A DNA stretch of 64,000 nucleotides, from positions 87,491 to 151,490 of the IMG/VR virus record IMGVR_UViG_3300044652_000025; one strand, 5' to 3'. The position numbers and the translations under genes are program-made. The stretch is from a virus. Taxonomy: Duplodnaviria > Caudoviricetes. The stretch's first letter is position 1, and the number at the start of each line of letters is the position of its first letter. Below are positions 1 through 8,972 of this stretch, piece after piece. Below the pieces are notes generated by a model. The model was not told where the DNA came from and searched no databases. It worked only from the letters and a program-made list of their open reading frames with translations.

Positions 1-2272
1 GAGCACTCTCAACTTCCCAGATCATCGAAAAATGTTTGAAGTCTTCCCGGCGGGCGGCGAGGGTATGGAACAGCGCCTGCGGTGGTATGGCGGCGCGCTG
101 ATCCATCGACTGGTAGAGACCGAACACCCAGTCAGCCCCTCGCTCCACTCCGGCGGAATCAGCCAGGTCGCTCATCTCGTAGTAGCCGCGTCGGAAGGCG
201 GCTTTCACCCCTTCTCGGTTGATCTGGTGAGCGAGCAGGCAGGGTATGCGGCGACGGCCGGTGCCAATGAGGTCACTGAGCGTCCGGATCGAGTCCGAGA
301 TCTGGAGGTCGTAGCGCAGCTTCGGGTTCTCGTGGACGACGTGGCTCAGCTGGTCGATCAGCAGGCTCTCGGTGTCGCGGACCTGGGCGTCCCGGACGAG
401 AGCGGCGACGCGGCGCTTCTCGATCGGAGGGTGCAACACATGGAATGGCGCCCCGGCACCCGGCAGATCATTGATCCATGACCTGACACGGTCGACCTCG
501 ACGTCGGAGCACGTCCCGCACTGCCAGCCGCGGTAGGACACCCCAGTCGCCAGGCAGGCGATCCGGTCGAGGGTCATCTCGACCGAGTTCTCCAGGGTGT
601 AGAGCGTCACGCACTTGCCCCGCTCCCACTCCCGGAGGGCGACGAGGTCGAGGAAGAAGCTGTTGTGCGTGACAAGGAAGTCCTCTGTCACATAGAGGCC
701 ATCTGCCGCCGCGACTTGGATGCAGACGGTATCTCCCCGTCCTGCCGGAGTGACCTCCACGATGCGCCTAGAAGGACGGCGGGCACGCAAGCTCGGACGC
801 TCGTCGTAATCCCGGCGCTTTCGCGGAAGACGGAATGGGCACTCAGGCAATCTCAGTCTGATGATCCAGGCCGGACGCCCGGCGCCGCCTTGATGCGATG
901 GCTCCGGCTTGTACTTGACCCGGGCCGTGCCCCCCAGAGAGAGCACAAGTTCCCTCACGGCCAAAGCCAACCGCTCCGAAGTGGAGCAGAAGGTGATGCC
1001 CTTGCCATCCACACCGCCCTCGGTGTCCAGCAGGCCGGAAAGGAGTTGACGACGCTCGTTGATAGTGGCCCGCAGGTACCGATCAGGGATGAACTTCTCC
1101 CAGGACCGGCATCCCATGAGGCCCATCTCCCGAAGTGCCGCCGTGGTCCGGCCTCCGACGATGGATGCCAATCCACGGCGCTCCTTGATCCAATGCCGCT
1201 CGTCACCCTGGGGAAGCAGCCGGTCGATCTCACCATGAAGCCATGGCTCCGGCTTACAAAAGGTCGGCGTACAGACCGTCAGCGAACCGTCTCCGAGCAA
1301 CAGCCCGAGCAAGTAGGGATGGAGCGGGAGCGGACCGAGATCCTCATAGCGCACCGGGGCCACCATGGGCAGGTAGGCGAAGCGCCGATTGGTCTGGATC
1401 TTTCGGGCCAGCGTCTCGGTGTCCACCGTCTGCACCTTCCCGCCGTGACTGTGGGGATGCACCGTCCAATCATGAGCGACATCGACCACCACCGACCCGC
1501 CGTCGTCGGTCGTCACCCTCATGAGGGGACGATCCGACCATCTCCGCATGGCGATGACGGCCGTGGCGCGACCATCACTTCCGATCACCGCGTCCCCGGG
1601 CCGGAGCGAGCCGATCTGACGCCATCCTCCAGGCGTGAGTACCAGACTGGTCACCGCCTCGGCCTTCCCCACCTTCGGCCCGGCGGCCAGGACGGCAAGC
1701 TCCCCCGGCTTGATGCCGTTGGTGTAGGCGTCGATCGGGGTGAGCCCGAAGGTCATGCCCTCGATGACACCGCGGTTGGCGGCGCGGGCGTCGTAGCTCC
1801 GCATCCTGTCGGCCAGCGCTTCCCGGGCGTCGACGGCGTCATCCTTACGGGTGACCTTCATGGCCAGTGTGACCAGCTGGTCGGCGGCTTCGGAGACCAC
1901 GGCCGGGCGCTCCTCGAACGTCGCCTCACGCACCGACATGGCGAACTGCCGGTTGAAGTGGTCGGCCTCCTTGATGAGGTAGGTGCCCTTCAGATCCTGG
2001 AGCGCCCACTCGATGGAGTCGTCGGGCTCCTCGTCGATGTCGATCTCGGCGTCGTTGAGGGCGTCGGCGTAGATCGGCTCGGCCAGGAAGGCGGCGACGG
2101 ATGGGGCCTTGGTCTGGCCGCTCTGGTGCCAATAGTCGACCGCGAAGGCCACCAGGGGACGGAGGGCCTCGTCGGGGACGATCTCGGGCTCCAGCCCCTG
2201 ACGGGCGATGACCGCCACCGAGTCGGCGTCGGTCAGATGCTTGATGAGGCAGGCCAGCCCGGCGGCGCTCAT
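1..2272 (-). CDS. dnaB: DnaB-like replicative helicase containing an intein; 3' end beyond window
   Basis: Manual translation from ATG 2272 (ATGA overlap with loader stop) is open to base 1. Walker A GPKVGK|S is split by the intein; then TLENSVEM, Walker B LLIDQL, AHQINREG, LADSAGVERGADWV. Absent from ORF track because no stop is in the window. Confidence 0.92.
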   Translation of the reverse strand, partial: MSAAGLACLIKHLTDADSVAVIARQGLEPEIVPDEALRPLVAFAVDYWHQSGQTKAPSVAAFLAEPIYADALNDAEIDIDEEPDDSIEWALQDLKGTYLIKEADHFNRQFAMSVREATFEERPAVVSEAADQLVTLAMKVTRKDDAVDAREALADRMRSYDARAANRGVIEGMTFGLTPIDAYTNGIKPGELAVLAAGPKVGKAEAVTSLVLTPGGWRQIGSLRPGDAVIGSDGRATAVIAMRRWSDRPLMRVTTDDGGSVVVDVAHDWTVHPHSHGGKVQTVDTETLARKIQTNRRFAYLPMVAPVRYEDLGPLPLHPYLLGLLLGDGSLTVCTPTFCKPEPWLHGEIDRLLPQGDERHWIKERRGLASIVGGRTTAALREMGLMGCRSWEKFIPDRYLRATINERRQLLSGLLDTEGGVDGKGITFCSTSERLALAVRELVLSLGGTARVKYKPEPSHQGGAGRPAWIIRLRLPECPFRLPRKRRDYDERPSLRARRPSRRIVEVTPAGRGDTVCIQVAAADGLYVTEDFLVTHNSFFLDLVALREWERGKCVTLYTLENSVEMTLDRIACLATGVSYRGWQCGTCSDVEVDRVRSWINDLPGAGAPFHVLHPPIEKRRVAALVRDAQVRDTESLLIDQLSHVVHENPKLRYDLQISDSIRTLSDLIGTGRRRIPCLLAHQINREGVKAAFRRGYYEMSDLADSAGVERGADWVFGLYQSMDQRAAIPPQALFHTLAARREDFKHFSMIWEVESA
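662..1663 (-). mobile_element. Class-3 intein (334 aa) with LAGLIDADG homing endonuclease
   Basis: Starts AEAVTSLVLTPGGW (Ala1); block B VVVDVAHDW; LAGLIDADG motifs YLLGLLLGDGS and LLSGLLDTEG; block F TVCIQV; ends FLVTHN then Ser+1. Confidence 0.93.
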
Positions 2273-3099
2273 CCGATCATCACCGGCCGCGTGAGTCCCA
2301 GATCCTCCTCCTCGTCGAGGCGGTCCTGGAGGCGGGCACGGAAGCTCTCGGCCACGAACTCGATGCCCCGGGACCGCTCGCCGAGCAGATCGAGGATGCT
2401 GTCGCCGTAGCTCTCCCTGGCCTCTGAGGGCATCAGGTTGGTGGTGACGATGGTCGGCTTCGCCGATGCCACCCGGTGTCGCAGGACGGCGTCGAAGGCC
2501 GCTCCGGCCAGCCCCGAGCCGCGGGCACCGCCGTGCTCCTTGCCGGGGTCGTCCAGGACGAGGAAGGTGACGTTTCTGATCCGGGCGTCGAACCAGGCCC
2601 GCTCCTCGTCGTCCCGCCAGGTCTGGGTGTAGACGGCGATGAGGTCGATGAAGGAGGTGAAGTAGCCGCTGTAGCCCTCGGCCAGGAGGGCCTTGAGCAG
2701 GAGGGCGGCCAGCATCGTCTTGCCGGTGCCCTTGTCGCCGTAGAGGATCAGCCCCCGGCCGTTGTGGACCTTGGCCGCCGCCCGCTCCAGGTACGTGGAG
2801 ACGGCATCCCGGGTGGAGGGGGCGACGTTGGTGACGTCGTCCCAGCCGAGTTGCTGGTAGCCGATGGGGATCCCGGCGTTGAGCAGGTAGCGGTGGAGGA
2901 TCCACTGGTCGCCGCAGTTGCACTTCCAGTCGGCGGGCTCGGTGCGGTCCTGGTTCCACCACCGGAAGGCGCCGGTACCGCCGCAGGTGATGCAGTCGGT
3001 CGGCGAGCGCGGCAGGTCGGGGTGCTTGGCCTGGAGCCGGATGACCTCGGGGTTGGTGAGCAGCCGGATACCCGGCGGCAGGGGTGGCATCTCGATCAT
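2269..3099 (-). CDS. DnaC/IstB-like AAA+ helicase loader
   Basis: CITCGG and CNC Zn motifs, Walker A GDKGTGKT, Walker B LVLDD, TIVTTNL; directly upstream of DnaB. Start moved to ATG 3099. Confidence 0.85.
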   Translation of the reverse strand: MIEMPPLPPGIRLLTNPEVIRLQAKHPDLPRSPTDCITCGGTGAFRWWNQDRTEPADWKCNCGDQWILHRYLLNAGIPIGYQQLGWDDVTNVAPSTRDAVSTYLERAAAKVHNGRGLILYGDKGTGKTMLAALLLKALLAEGYSGYFTSFIDLIAVYTQTWRDDEERAWFDARIRNVTFLVLDDPGKEHGGARGSGLAGAAFDAVLRHRVASAKPTIVTTNLMPSEARESYGDSILDLLGERSRGIEFVAESFRARLQDRLDEEEDLGLTRPVMIG

Positions 3100-3149
3100 C
3101 GGTATGTCCTGGGGCAGGGGTCGGCCGCTGGCGGGCGGCCCTTGGACGT

Positions 3150-3539
3150 CTAGACGAGCCGGTCGGCGATCGGCTGGGCGAACCAGGAGTCGCAACCGCG
3201 GCAGAAGCTCTCCACGGTCACCGGGCGACCGTGCCATTCCCCGCCACAGACCTCGAAGGCATGACGGGCGATGGCCGGACCCCGCGATCCCCAGCGGGAC
3301 ATGAAGGACTTGAAGATGCCGTACTCCTTGGTCACCGTGCGGGCGAACGATCCACGCTTCGATTCGATCTGATGGACGACGTAGTCCTGCAAGTCATTCC
3401 AGGACCATTCCTCGTCGGACTTCCCGACATAGGACATGCGCTGCGATCGAGGTGTCGGATGGGGAGTGACTGTGACCGTTTGTGTGATGACCAGGCGGCT
3501 CACGCCCGCCAGGTCGAGTTCGTCGTCGATGTTCCTCAC
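3150..3539 (-). CDS. Hypothetical protein in replication module
   Basis: GTGA-coupled to upstream gene, phage-like codon usage; start uncertain. Confidence 0.65.
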   Translation of the reverse strand: MRNIDDELDLAGVSRLVITQTVTVTPHPTPRSQRMSYVGKSDEEWSWNDLQDYVVHQIESKRGSFARTVTKEYGIFKSFMSRWGSRGPAIARHAFEVCGGEWHGRPVTVESFCRGCDSWFAQPIADRLV

Positions 3540-3889
3540 GCTGTTGCCCTTTCACTGCTGGCGGACGCGGGTCGCCGTCCGAAGTACGCCTCGGACACGA
3601 ACCGCCGGAAAGGACCGATGACCTCCTCCATCTCGTCGCGGCGGGGCTCGGAGTCGTAGGAGTCCGTATCGGCCAGGGTGATGACGCTGGCGCTTCCTTT
3701 GTGGATCAGGTGTTTCTGGCAGTCGGCAGTGACGACCATCCAGTGGAAGTCGTCCATCCCGCACAGGTAGCCGGTGATGTCCTCGCCAGAGGGGAACCGG
3801 AAGGTGATGGCGCGGCCGTGCATCACGGTCCGGGCCAGTTGCTTGCTGCTCATGTCCGAACCGCGGGCTCGGTCGTCCCGTCGGGACAT
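3536..3889 (-). CDS. Putative Sm/Hfq-like RNA-binding protein
   Basis: ITFRFPSGEDITGYLCGMDDFHWMV...KHLIHKGSASVI fits the Sm1/Sm2 pattern; start at 3889 or 3853. Confidence 0.55.
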   Translation of the reverse strand: MSRRDDRARGSDMSSKQLARTVMHGRAITFRFPSGEDITGYLCGMDDFHWMVVTADCQKHLIHKGSASVITLADTDSYDSEPRRDEMEEVIGPFRRFVSEAYFGRRPASASSERATA

Positions 3890-3992
3890 GGATCGACCCC
3901 CTGTAGGCGAGGAAAGCCCCCGCCCGCTACTGGCCAGTAGGTAGCGGGACGGGGGTGACGGATCGTGTGAAGCGATCCAAAGGTTCACCAGG

Positions 3993-4021
3993 AGGGTACG
4001 CCGGGCACCTCACTGGGTCAA
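3993..4021 (-). promoter_or_regulatory. Putative sigma70/SigA-type promoter
   Basis: TTGACC-17 nt-TACCCT upstream of the Sm-like/replication genes. Confidence 0.5.
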
Positions 4022-4061
4022 GTGATGAAACCCTTGCCATATATAGAGGGTTGGTATGGCT

Positions 4062-4463
4062 TCAGGCCCGCAACATGGCCCGGATCATGCTGAGGGCGCT
4101 GCGGGCCTCCAGCGCCGAGTCCGGGATCCCGTTCTCGATCTCGTCCAGAAGCAGACCGATCTCCGTCCTGGCCGACATCAACGCGTCGATCTGGTTCAGG
4201 GCGTCGGCCAGCGCCTGGCGGGCGTCGTGCAGGGTGTCGTTGGGGAGCGGAACCTTCAGGTCGACCTCGATCTCCCTCGGCGGGATCGTCAGCACGGTGG
4301 CTTCGGTCGCCGCCTGCGACGGATGCTGCGTCTCCTCCCATATCCGGCGCTGTCGGACGCTGGGGGCGTTCTCCTGGGCCATACAGGGGCCGTCGTGGCC
4401 CTTCTCAAGGGTGCAAGGGTAAACCACGAACGACTTGCCGACATGCGAGCCGCACTCGCCCAT
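4062..4463 (-). CDS. Hypothetical protein
   Basis: N-terminal Cys/His motif (C...CTLEKGHDGPC), helical C-terminus, tight packing. Confidence 0.7.
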   Translation of the reverse strand: MGECGSHVGKSFVVYPCTLEKGHDGPCMAQENAPSVRQRRIWEETQHPSQAATEATVLTIPPREIEVDLKVPLPNDTLHDARQALADALNQIDALMSARTEIGLLLDEIENGIPDSALEARSALSMIRAMLRA

Positions 4464-4464
4464 C

Positions 4465-4956
4465 TCAGGCGACCTGGGTCTTGCGGTGGCTGTGCTCGCC
4501 GATGAGGTGGGTCACCAGCGCGTCACTGGAACTGAAGACCTGGCGACAGTCGGGGCACTGGGCGCCGCTCTCTTCTTCGTAGACCTCGAACTCCGGCGCC
4601 AGGTGGCCGTAGATCCGGCCCTGGACCTGGACGATGCGAAGGGCGTTGAGTAGCTGCTCGCCGGTGATGCCGCCGTTCATAGCCAGAGCGTGGGCCATCC
4701 GCTCGACGTCGACCAGGGAGTAGGTCCTGGCGCCGGACTTGGACCGGGACGCCCCCACCGGCTCGCCATCGAGGATGAGCCTGCCCTTGCGCTCGTTCCA
4801 CCGGATCCAATGGCTCGACCGGCCGAAGAAGACCTTGGCCAGTTCGCCGACGGAGAAGCGCGGCTCTTCTTCGATGGCGGCGGGATCCACGTCGTCGAAG
4901 AGATAGCCGTCGGTAGGCAGATCGTCGCTGATCACGACGCGGGCGGGGGAGTCCAT
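4465..4956 (-). CDS. MerR-like HTH DNA-binding protein with C-terminal C2H2 zinc finger
   Basis: FSVGELAKVFFGRSSHWIRW...GARTYSLVDV; CPDCRQVFSSSDALVTHLIGEH. Confidence 0.75.
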   Translation of the reverse strand: MDSPARVVISDDLPTDGYLFDDVDPAAIEEEPRFSVGELAKVFFGRSSHWIRWNERKGRLILDGEPVGASRSKSGARTYSLVDVERMAHALAMNGGITGEQLLNALRIVQVQGRIYGHLAPEFEVYEEESGAQCPDCRQVFSSSDALVTHLIGEHSHRKTQVA

Positions 4957-5055
4957 GGGTGTCCTTTGCTCAGTGGTAGTGGTTGCGGAACAGGCCGCTG
5001 GCACCGGTCCAAACGAGACAGCCCCCCTGACGCTCTCCTCGACCCCAGAGCCGAT

Positions 5056-5796
5056 TCACCGGTTGTACGCGTTCCGGAGGTAGAGCGCGGCCGACGGTTC
5101 GGAGCGCTCGGTCGCTTCTCGGATGGCGTTGATCAGGGAGGGCTTGCGCTTGAGGGCCAGCATGACCTTGTGTTCGTCCACCACGCGGGTCTGGGTCGTC
5201 ATCTCCAGGTAGTCCTCGTTGGTGAAGTCCAGGTCGGGCCGGTCGATCAGACTCTTGAGGGTGTCGGCGTTGAGGGTGCAGCTACCCTCCCGGACCTCCC
5301 GGGTGAACTTCTTGCCGGTGCCCGGTGCCCCGAGGCATTCGCCCCGCACGATGAAGTGACCGCGCTTGTCGAGGTGGGCGGTAGCCGTCAGCCCGGCCTC
5401 TTCGGCCTCGATGTCGAGGTGGGTGAAGATCGTGGTCCGCATCCCCTCGTGGCGGTCCTCCACGAGCTTCTTCAGCTGATCGAGGACCTGCTTCTCCTCG
5501 ACGAGCGCGGTCACCTCGACCGGCTGGAGCTTGCGCCGCTCGGTCGGCACCACCTTGCCGAACACCTCGGGCAGACGCTCGATGGCCTGGCGCTGGGCGT
5601 GGGTGATGACCGCCACCGACGGCTCCGGCCGGGGCTGGTCGAGCGGCACCGGCTCCTGCGGGGTGATGGTGCGGAGCAGGTCAGTGAAGGCGATGGCGCC
5701 GGTGTTGATCTTGCCGACGACGAGCCGGACGATCTCGTCGAGGGCGGCGGGCTGCTGGTCCTGTGCCGGGTCTTCCCGAGTCAGGTCTTCAGTCAT
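5056..5796 (-). CDS. Hypothetical protein
   Basis: Good coding bias; start set at MTEDL (5796). Confidence 0.75.
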   Translation of the reverse strand: MTEDLTREDPAQDQQPAALDEIVRLVVGKINTGAIAFTDLLRTITPQEPVPLDQPRPEPSVAVITHAQRQAIERLPEVFGKVVPTERRKLQPVEVTALVEEKQVLDQLKKLVEDRHEGMRTTIFTHLDIEAEEAGLTATAHLDKRGHFIVRGECLGAPGTGKKFTREVREGSCTLNADTLKSLIDRPDLDFTNEDYLEMTTQTRVVDEHKVMLALKRKPSLINAIREATERSEPSAALYLRNAYNR

Positions 5797-5850
5797 TTTT
5801 CGATCTATCCCCCGGGTGCGTGTGTCAACAATTCTTGAGACAGAATAGCA

Positions 5851-5884
5851 GAGGCCCCCAGGCCTTGGGAACCCTGGGGGCCTC
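5851..5884 (-). terminator. GC hairpin downstream of DinG
   Basis: GAGGCCCCCAGG/CCTGGGGGCCTC 12-bp inverted repeat; weak U tract. Confidence 0.5.
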
Positions 5885-5908
5885 GCCTCCACCCGGTGCA
5901 TGACGCCA

Positions 5909-7888
5909 TCACGGCCGGGCGAAGAACTCCTCGACGTCGTCGAGGTTGCTGGTCAGCGGCGCCGGGGGCAGCGACCGGACGATCGCCTTCCCGTAGCCCT
6001 TGGTCTTGACCCGGGGGTCGAGCAGGGCGAACACCCCGGTGTCGTTACGGTGGCGGATCAGCCGCCCGAAGCCCTGCTTGAGCACCAGGCTCATCTCCGG
6101 GATGGTGTACTCGGCGAAATCGTTCCGGCCCGCCCGCTTGATGGCGTCGGTCCGGGCCTCCACGATCGGGTCGCTCGGCACCGGGAAGGGCAGCTTGTCG
6201 ATCACCACCAGGGAGCAGGTCTCGCCCTGGAAGTCCACCCCGGTGAAGAACGACGCCGTGGCGAAGAGCACGCTGTGGACGTCGGCCTTGAACTCCTCCA
6301 TGAGGGCCTTGTTGGGACGCTCGCCCTGGATCATCGTCCGGTGGGGGATCCGGTCGGCGATGGCCTCGTAGCACGCCTTCATCTCCCGGTTGGAGGTGAA
6401 GAGCAACAGCGCCCGGCCGTCGGAGTGCGTCACCAGTTCCAGCGCCCGAGCCGCCATCAGGGAGGACCAGGCCGCCCGGTTGGCCGGAGTCGGCTCCGGC
6501 AGGTCGGTCGGGACGTAGAACCGGGCCTGCGAGGCGTAGTCGAACGGGGTGCCCACGTCGATCGAGTCGAAGGCGTCGATGCCCAGCCGACCGGCGATGT
6601 AGTCGAACTTCCCGCCCACCGCCAGGGTGGCCGAGACCAGGACCGCCGTGACCCCCGCCTCGAAGAGATTCTCCCGCAGGTACGGGGCCACCGTCACCGG
6701 GGCGGTCTTGAGGACCAGGTTGCCGCGGTTGTCACGCTCGATCCAGCGGACCAGGTCGTCGAAGCTGGCCAGGATCATGGCCTTGAAACGGGCCACGGTG
6801 GAGGCCGTCCGCCGGGAGAGCCGCGTCCGGCGCTTGGCCACGTCGCCGTAGGAGTCGACCGGCACGCTCTGGAGGAGCGTGACGTCGGCCACCGCGGCGT
6901 GGAGGTCGTCGAGAGCGTTGGCCATGCCGACGAAGGCGTCGCCGTGCTCCAGGAGCACCGCCTCCCGGATCCGTAGCTTGTCGGTACGGGCGGCCTCGAA
7001 GGTCCGCTCCAGGTCCGAGAAGAGAACCGTCATCGCCGTGAGCACCGCGTTCCCGGCGGCCTCCAGGTCGTCGGCCCGAGCCGGGACGTGACGGCGACCG
7101 AAGTTGCGGACCTCGCTCACCAGGTGGCTCACGCCACCGGTCTTGAACTCCGACCCGAGCGTCGAGGAGGCGTACTTCTCCACCTCGTGAGCTTCGTCGA
7201 AGATCACCACGGAGTACTCGTCCAGCATGCTGGCGGCCCCGCCGGTGACCTCCCGGACGACCAGGTCGGTCAGCAGGAGGGCGTGGTTGACGACCACGAC
7301 CTGCGCCGCCTTGGCCCGGACCCGAGCCCGCTGGGCGAAGCACAGGCCGACCTTGGAGCACTCAGCCGCCGTGCAGTCCTCGGAGTCGGCCGCCACCCGG
7401 CGCCACTCGGCGTCGGTGAGGGAGAACGGGAAGGACTCCCGGTCGCCGATGAACTCGGGATCGGTGGCCAGGTCAGTGGCCCGAGCGATGAACCCGGCGA
7501 TCCCGGGGAAGTCCGCCGGGTCGACCGTCGCCGCCCGGTTGAGGCAGGCGTAGTTCGAGCGGCCCTTGAGGAGGGCGAAGGCGAAGGGGACGCCCAGGTG
7601 GTCCTGGAGGAACGGGACGTCAAAATTGGCCACCTGGTCCTGGAGGGCCTTGGTGGCCGTCGAGACGACGACCCGCTTGCCAGCCAGGATGGCGGGGATG
7701 AGGTAGCCGAGGCTCTTGCCGGTGCCACAGCCAGCCTCACCGAGGAGGTGACGGCCGGAGAGCACGGCGGCCTCGACGGCCGCGGCGAGCGCCTGCTGGG
7801 GCGGACGGCTCTCGTAGCCGGGGAGCGTCGCGGCGAGGACGGCCTCGGCCTCCGCGAACGTCCTGGGTCGTACTGCCGAGTCGGGCAA
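5909..7888 (-). CDS. DinG/YoaA-family SF2 helicase
   Basis: ESRPPQ Q motif, EAGCGTGKS, LKGRSNYAC, Fe-S Cys cluster, VNHALL, DEAH, SATL, KQGFGRLIR, LLDPR; RBS GGAGG before TTG. Confidence 0.93.
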   Translation of the reverse strand: MPDSAVRPRTFAEAEAVLAATLPGYESRPPQQALAAAVEAAVLSGRHLLGEAGCGTGKSLGYLIPAILAGKRVVVSTATKALQDQVANFDVPFLQDHLGVPFAFALLKGRSNYACLNRAATVDPADFPGIAGFIARATDLATDPEFIGDRESFPFSLTDAEWRRVAADSEDCTAAECSKVGLCFAQRARVRAKAAQVVVVNHALLLTDLVVREVTGGAASMLDEYSVVIFDEAHEVEKYASSTLGSEFKTGGVSHLVSEVRNFGRRHVPARADDLEAAGNAVLTAMTVLFSDLERTFEAARTDKLRIREAVLLEHGDAFVGMANALDDLHAAVADVTLLQSVPVDSYGDVAKRRTRLSRRTASTVARFKAMILASFDDLVRWIERDNRGNLVLKTAPVTVAPYLRENLFEAGVTAVLVSATLAVGGKFDYIAGRLGIDAFDSIDVGTPFDYASQARFYVPTDLPEPTPANRAAWSSLMAARALELVTHSDGRALLLFTSNREMKACYEAIADRIPHRTMIQGERPNKALMEEFKADVHSVLFATASFFTGVDFQGETCSLVVIDKLPFPVPSDPIVEARTDAIKRAGRNDFAEYTIPEMSLVLKQGFGRLIRHRNDTGVFALLDPRVKTKGYGKAIVRSLPPAPLTSNLDDVEEFFARP

Positions 7889-7974
7889 AGGATCCTCCTG
7901 GTCGGGAGAGAGATGGAGCGGCGGGACGGGGGACTGGGGATCCCCCGCCCGCCACTTATAGCTTACCCTATCTC

Positions 7975-8079
7975 TTAGAAAGTATTACAGTCCATCTGGG
8001 CAAATCTGTCAAGGTAAGCGATAGCCCCTCGAAGCCGTTCGGGATCATCACGGCACTGCCGACAGGCGATCTGCTTCAC
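7975..8079 (-). pseudogene. Remnant of an endonuclease VII-like gene
   Basis: 34 aa ...ACRQCRDDPERLRGAIAYL resembles the EndoVII C-terminus only. Confidence 0.45.
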
Positions 8080-8387
8080 CCAGTCTTCTCCCAGAGGACG
8101 TAGGGGCTCGCACCCCGCATCTGCCGGAGGCGATTCTTCTCGTCCAGCCAGTGCCGCGGCTCGCGCTCGTGGTAGCCCGGATCGGTCTGCACGATGGTGA
8201 TGACCACCCGGTCCCTGGCGTGAGCCCGCACGATGATCCCGCCGCGGCGGTAGCAGTCCATCCCGTCCTTCTGGGTCCACGTCGCCTCGGGATCCTCCAG
8301 GGCCTCGACGACCGCGGCCCGGGTCAGACCCATCTCCAGCATCCGGAGGTAGGCGTGCCGGTGAATGAACCAGGGGGCCTCACCCAT
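8076..8387 (-). CDS. DUF4258-like small protein
   Basis: HRHAYLRMLEMGLTRAAVVEALEDPE...VVITIV pattern. Confidence 0.6.
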   Translation of the reverse strand: MGEAPWFIHRHAYLRMLEMGLTRAAVVEALEDPEATWTQKDGMDCYRRGGIIVRAHARDRVVITIVQTDPGYHEREPRHWLDEKNRLRQMRGASPYVLWEKTG

Positions 8388-8805
8388 CGAGCGCCCCCTC
8401 CCGCATCAGCTTCTCGGCCAGAGCCGCCCCGGCAGCCGTGAAACGCTGCTGGGTGATGTCGATCCGGTAGCGAGCGATGGCCTCCCTGGCCAGCATGGTG
8501 CCGATGCCCTTGCCGCGGTGATTGGGGTCCACCCAGATGTTGGCGTTGCCCGCCTTCTCGCCGCCCATGCGGAAGGTCACGCCGCGGTGGGTGATCCGCT
8601 CGCCGGGCACGTCGTCCGGGTAGTAGTTGAGGATCCCGCGCAGGAGGCCGTCCTGGTCCCGCCACAGCAGGCAGTGGACCGTGGCCCCGTTGAGGGGATG
8701 CACCTCCTCGGTGAAGCCGGGCTCGCCCCGGCGGTCGTACTGGCAGACCTGGGAGGCCCAGTCGAACACCTCCCGGCCGATGGTGGCCTTCGGCTTCCAG
8801 GTCAT
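8380..8805 (-). CDS. GNAT-family acetyltransferase
   Basis: IWVDPNHRGKGIGTML acetyl-CoA motif A; ATGA-coupled start at 8805. Confidence 0.8.
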   Translation of the reverse strand: MTWKPKATIGREVFDWASQVCQYDRRGEPGFTEEVHPLNGATVHCLLWRDQDGLLRGILNYYPDDVPGERITHRGVTFRMGGEKAGNANIWVDPNHRGKGIGTMLAREAIARYRIDITQQRFTAAGAALAEKLMREGALDG

Positions 8806-8972
8806 GAGGCCACCCACCGCTTGGCGAAAGGGTCGATGCCCCGCTCCATCAGTTCCGCGTCCCGTTCCATCTGCTCGGCCATGGCGATCGTCGACGCGGC
8901 CAGCGCCCGATGTTCGGCCGCCATCCGCCGACTGATGACGGCCCGTTCGGCGAGGGTTAGTTTGCGCTTCAT
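8802..8972 (-). CDS. Small hypothetical protein (56 aa)
   Basis: ATGA overlaps at both ends. Confidence 0.65.
   Translation of the reverse strand: MKRKLTLAERAVISRRMAAEHRALAASTIAMAEQMERDAELMERGIDPFAKRWVAS

Noticed and set aside
665-2410. 581-aa + strand ORF, and similar long + strand ORFs (12523-13905, 36761-38668 and others)
   Set aside because: Antisense shadows of high-GC minus-strand genes; no motifs, Arg/Gly/His-rich.
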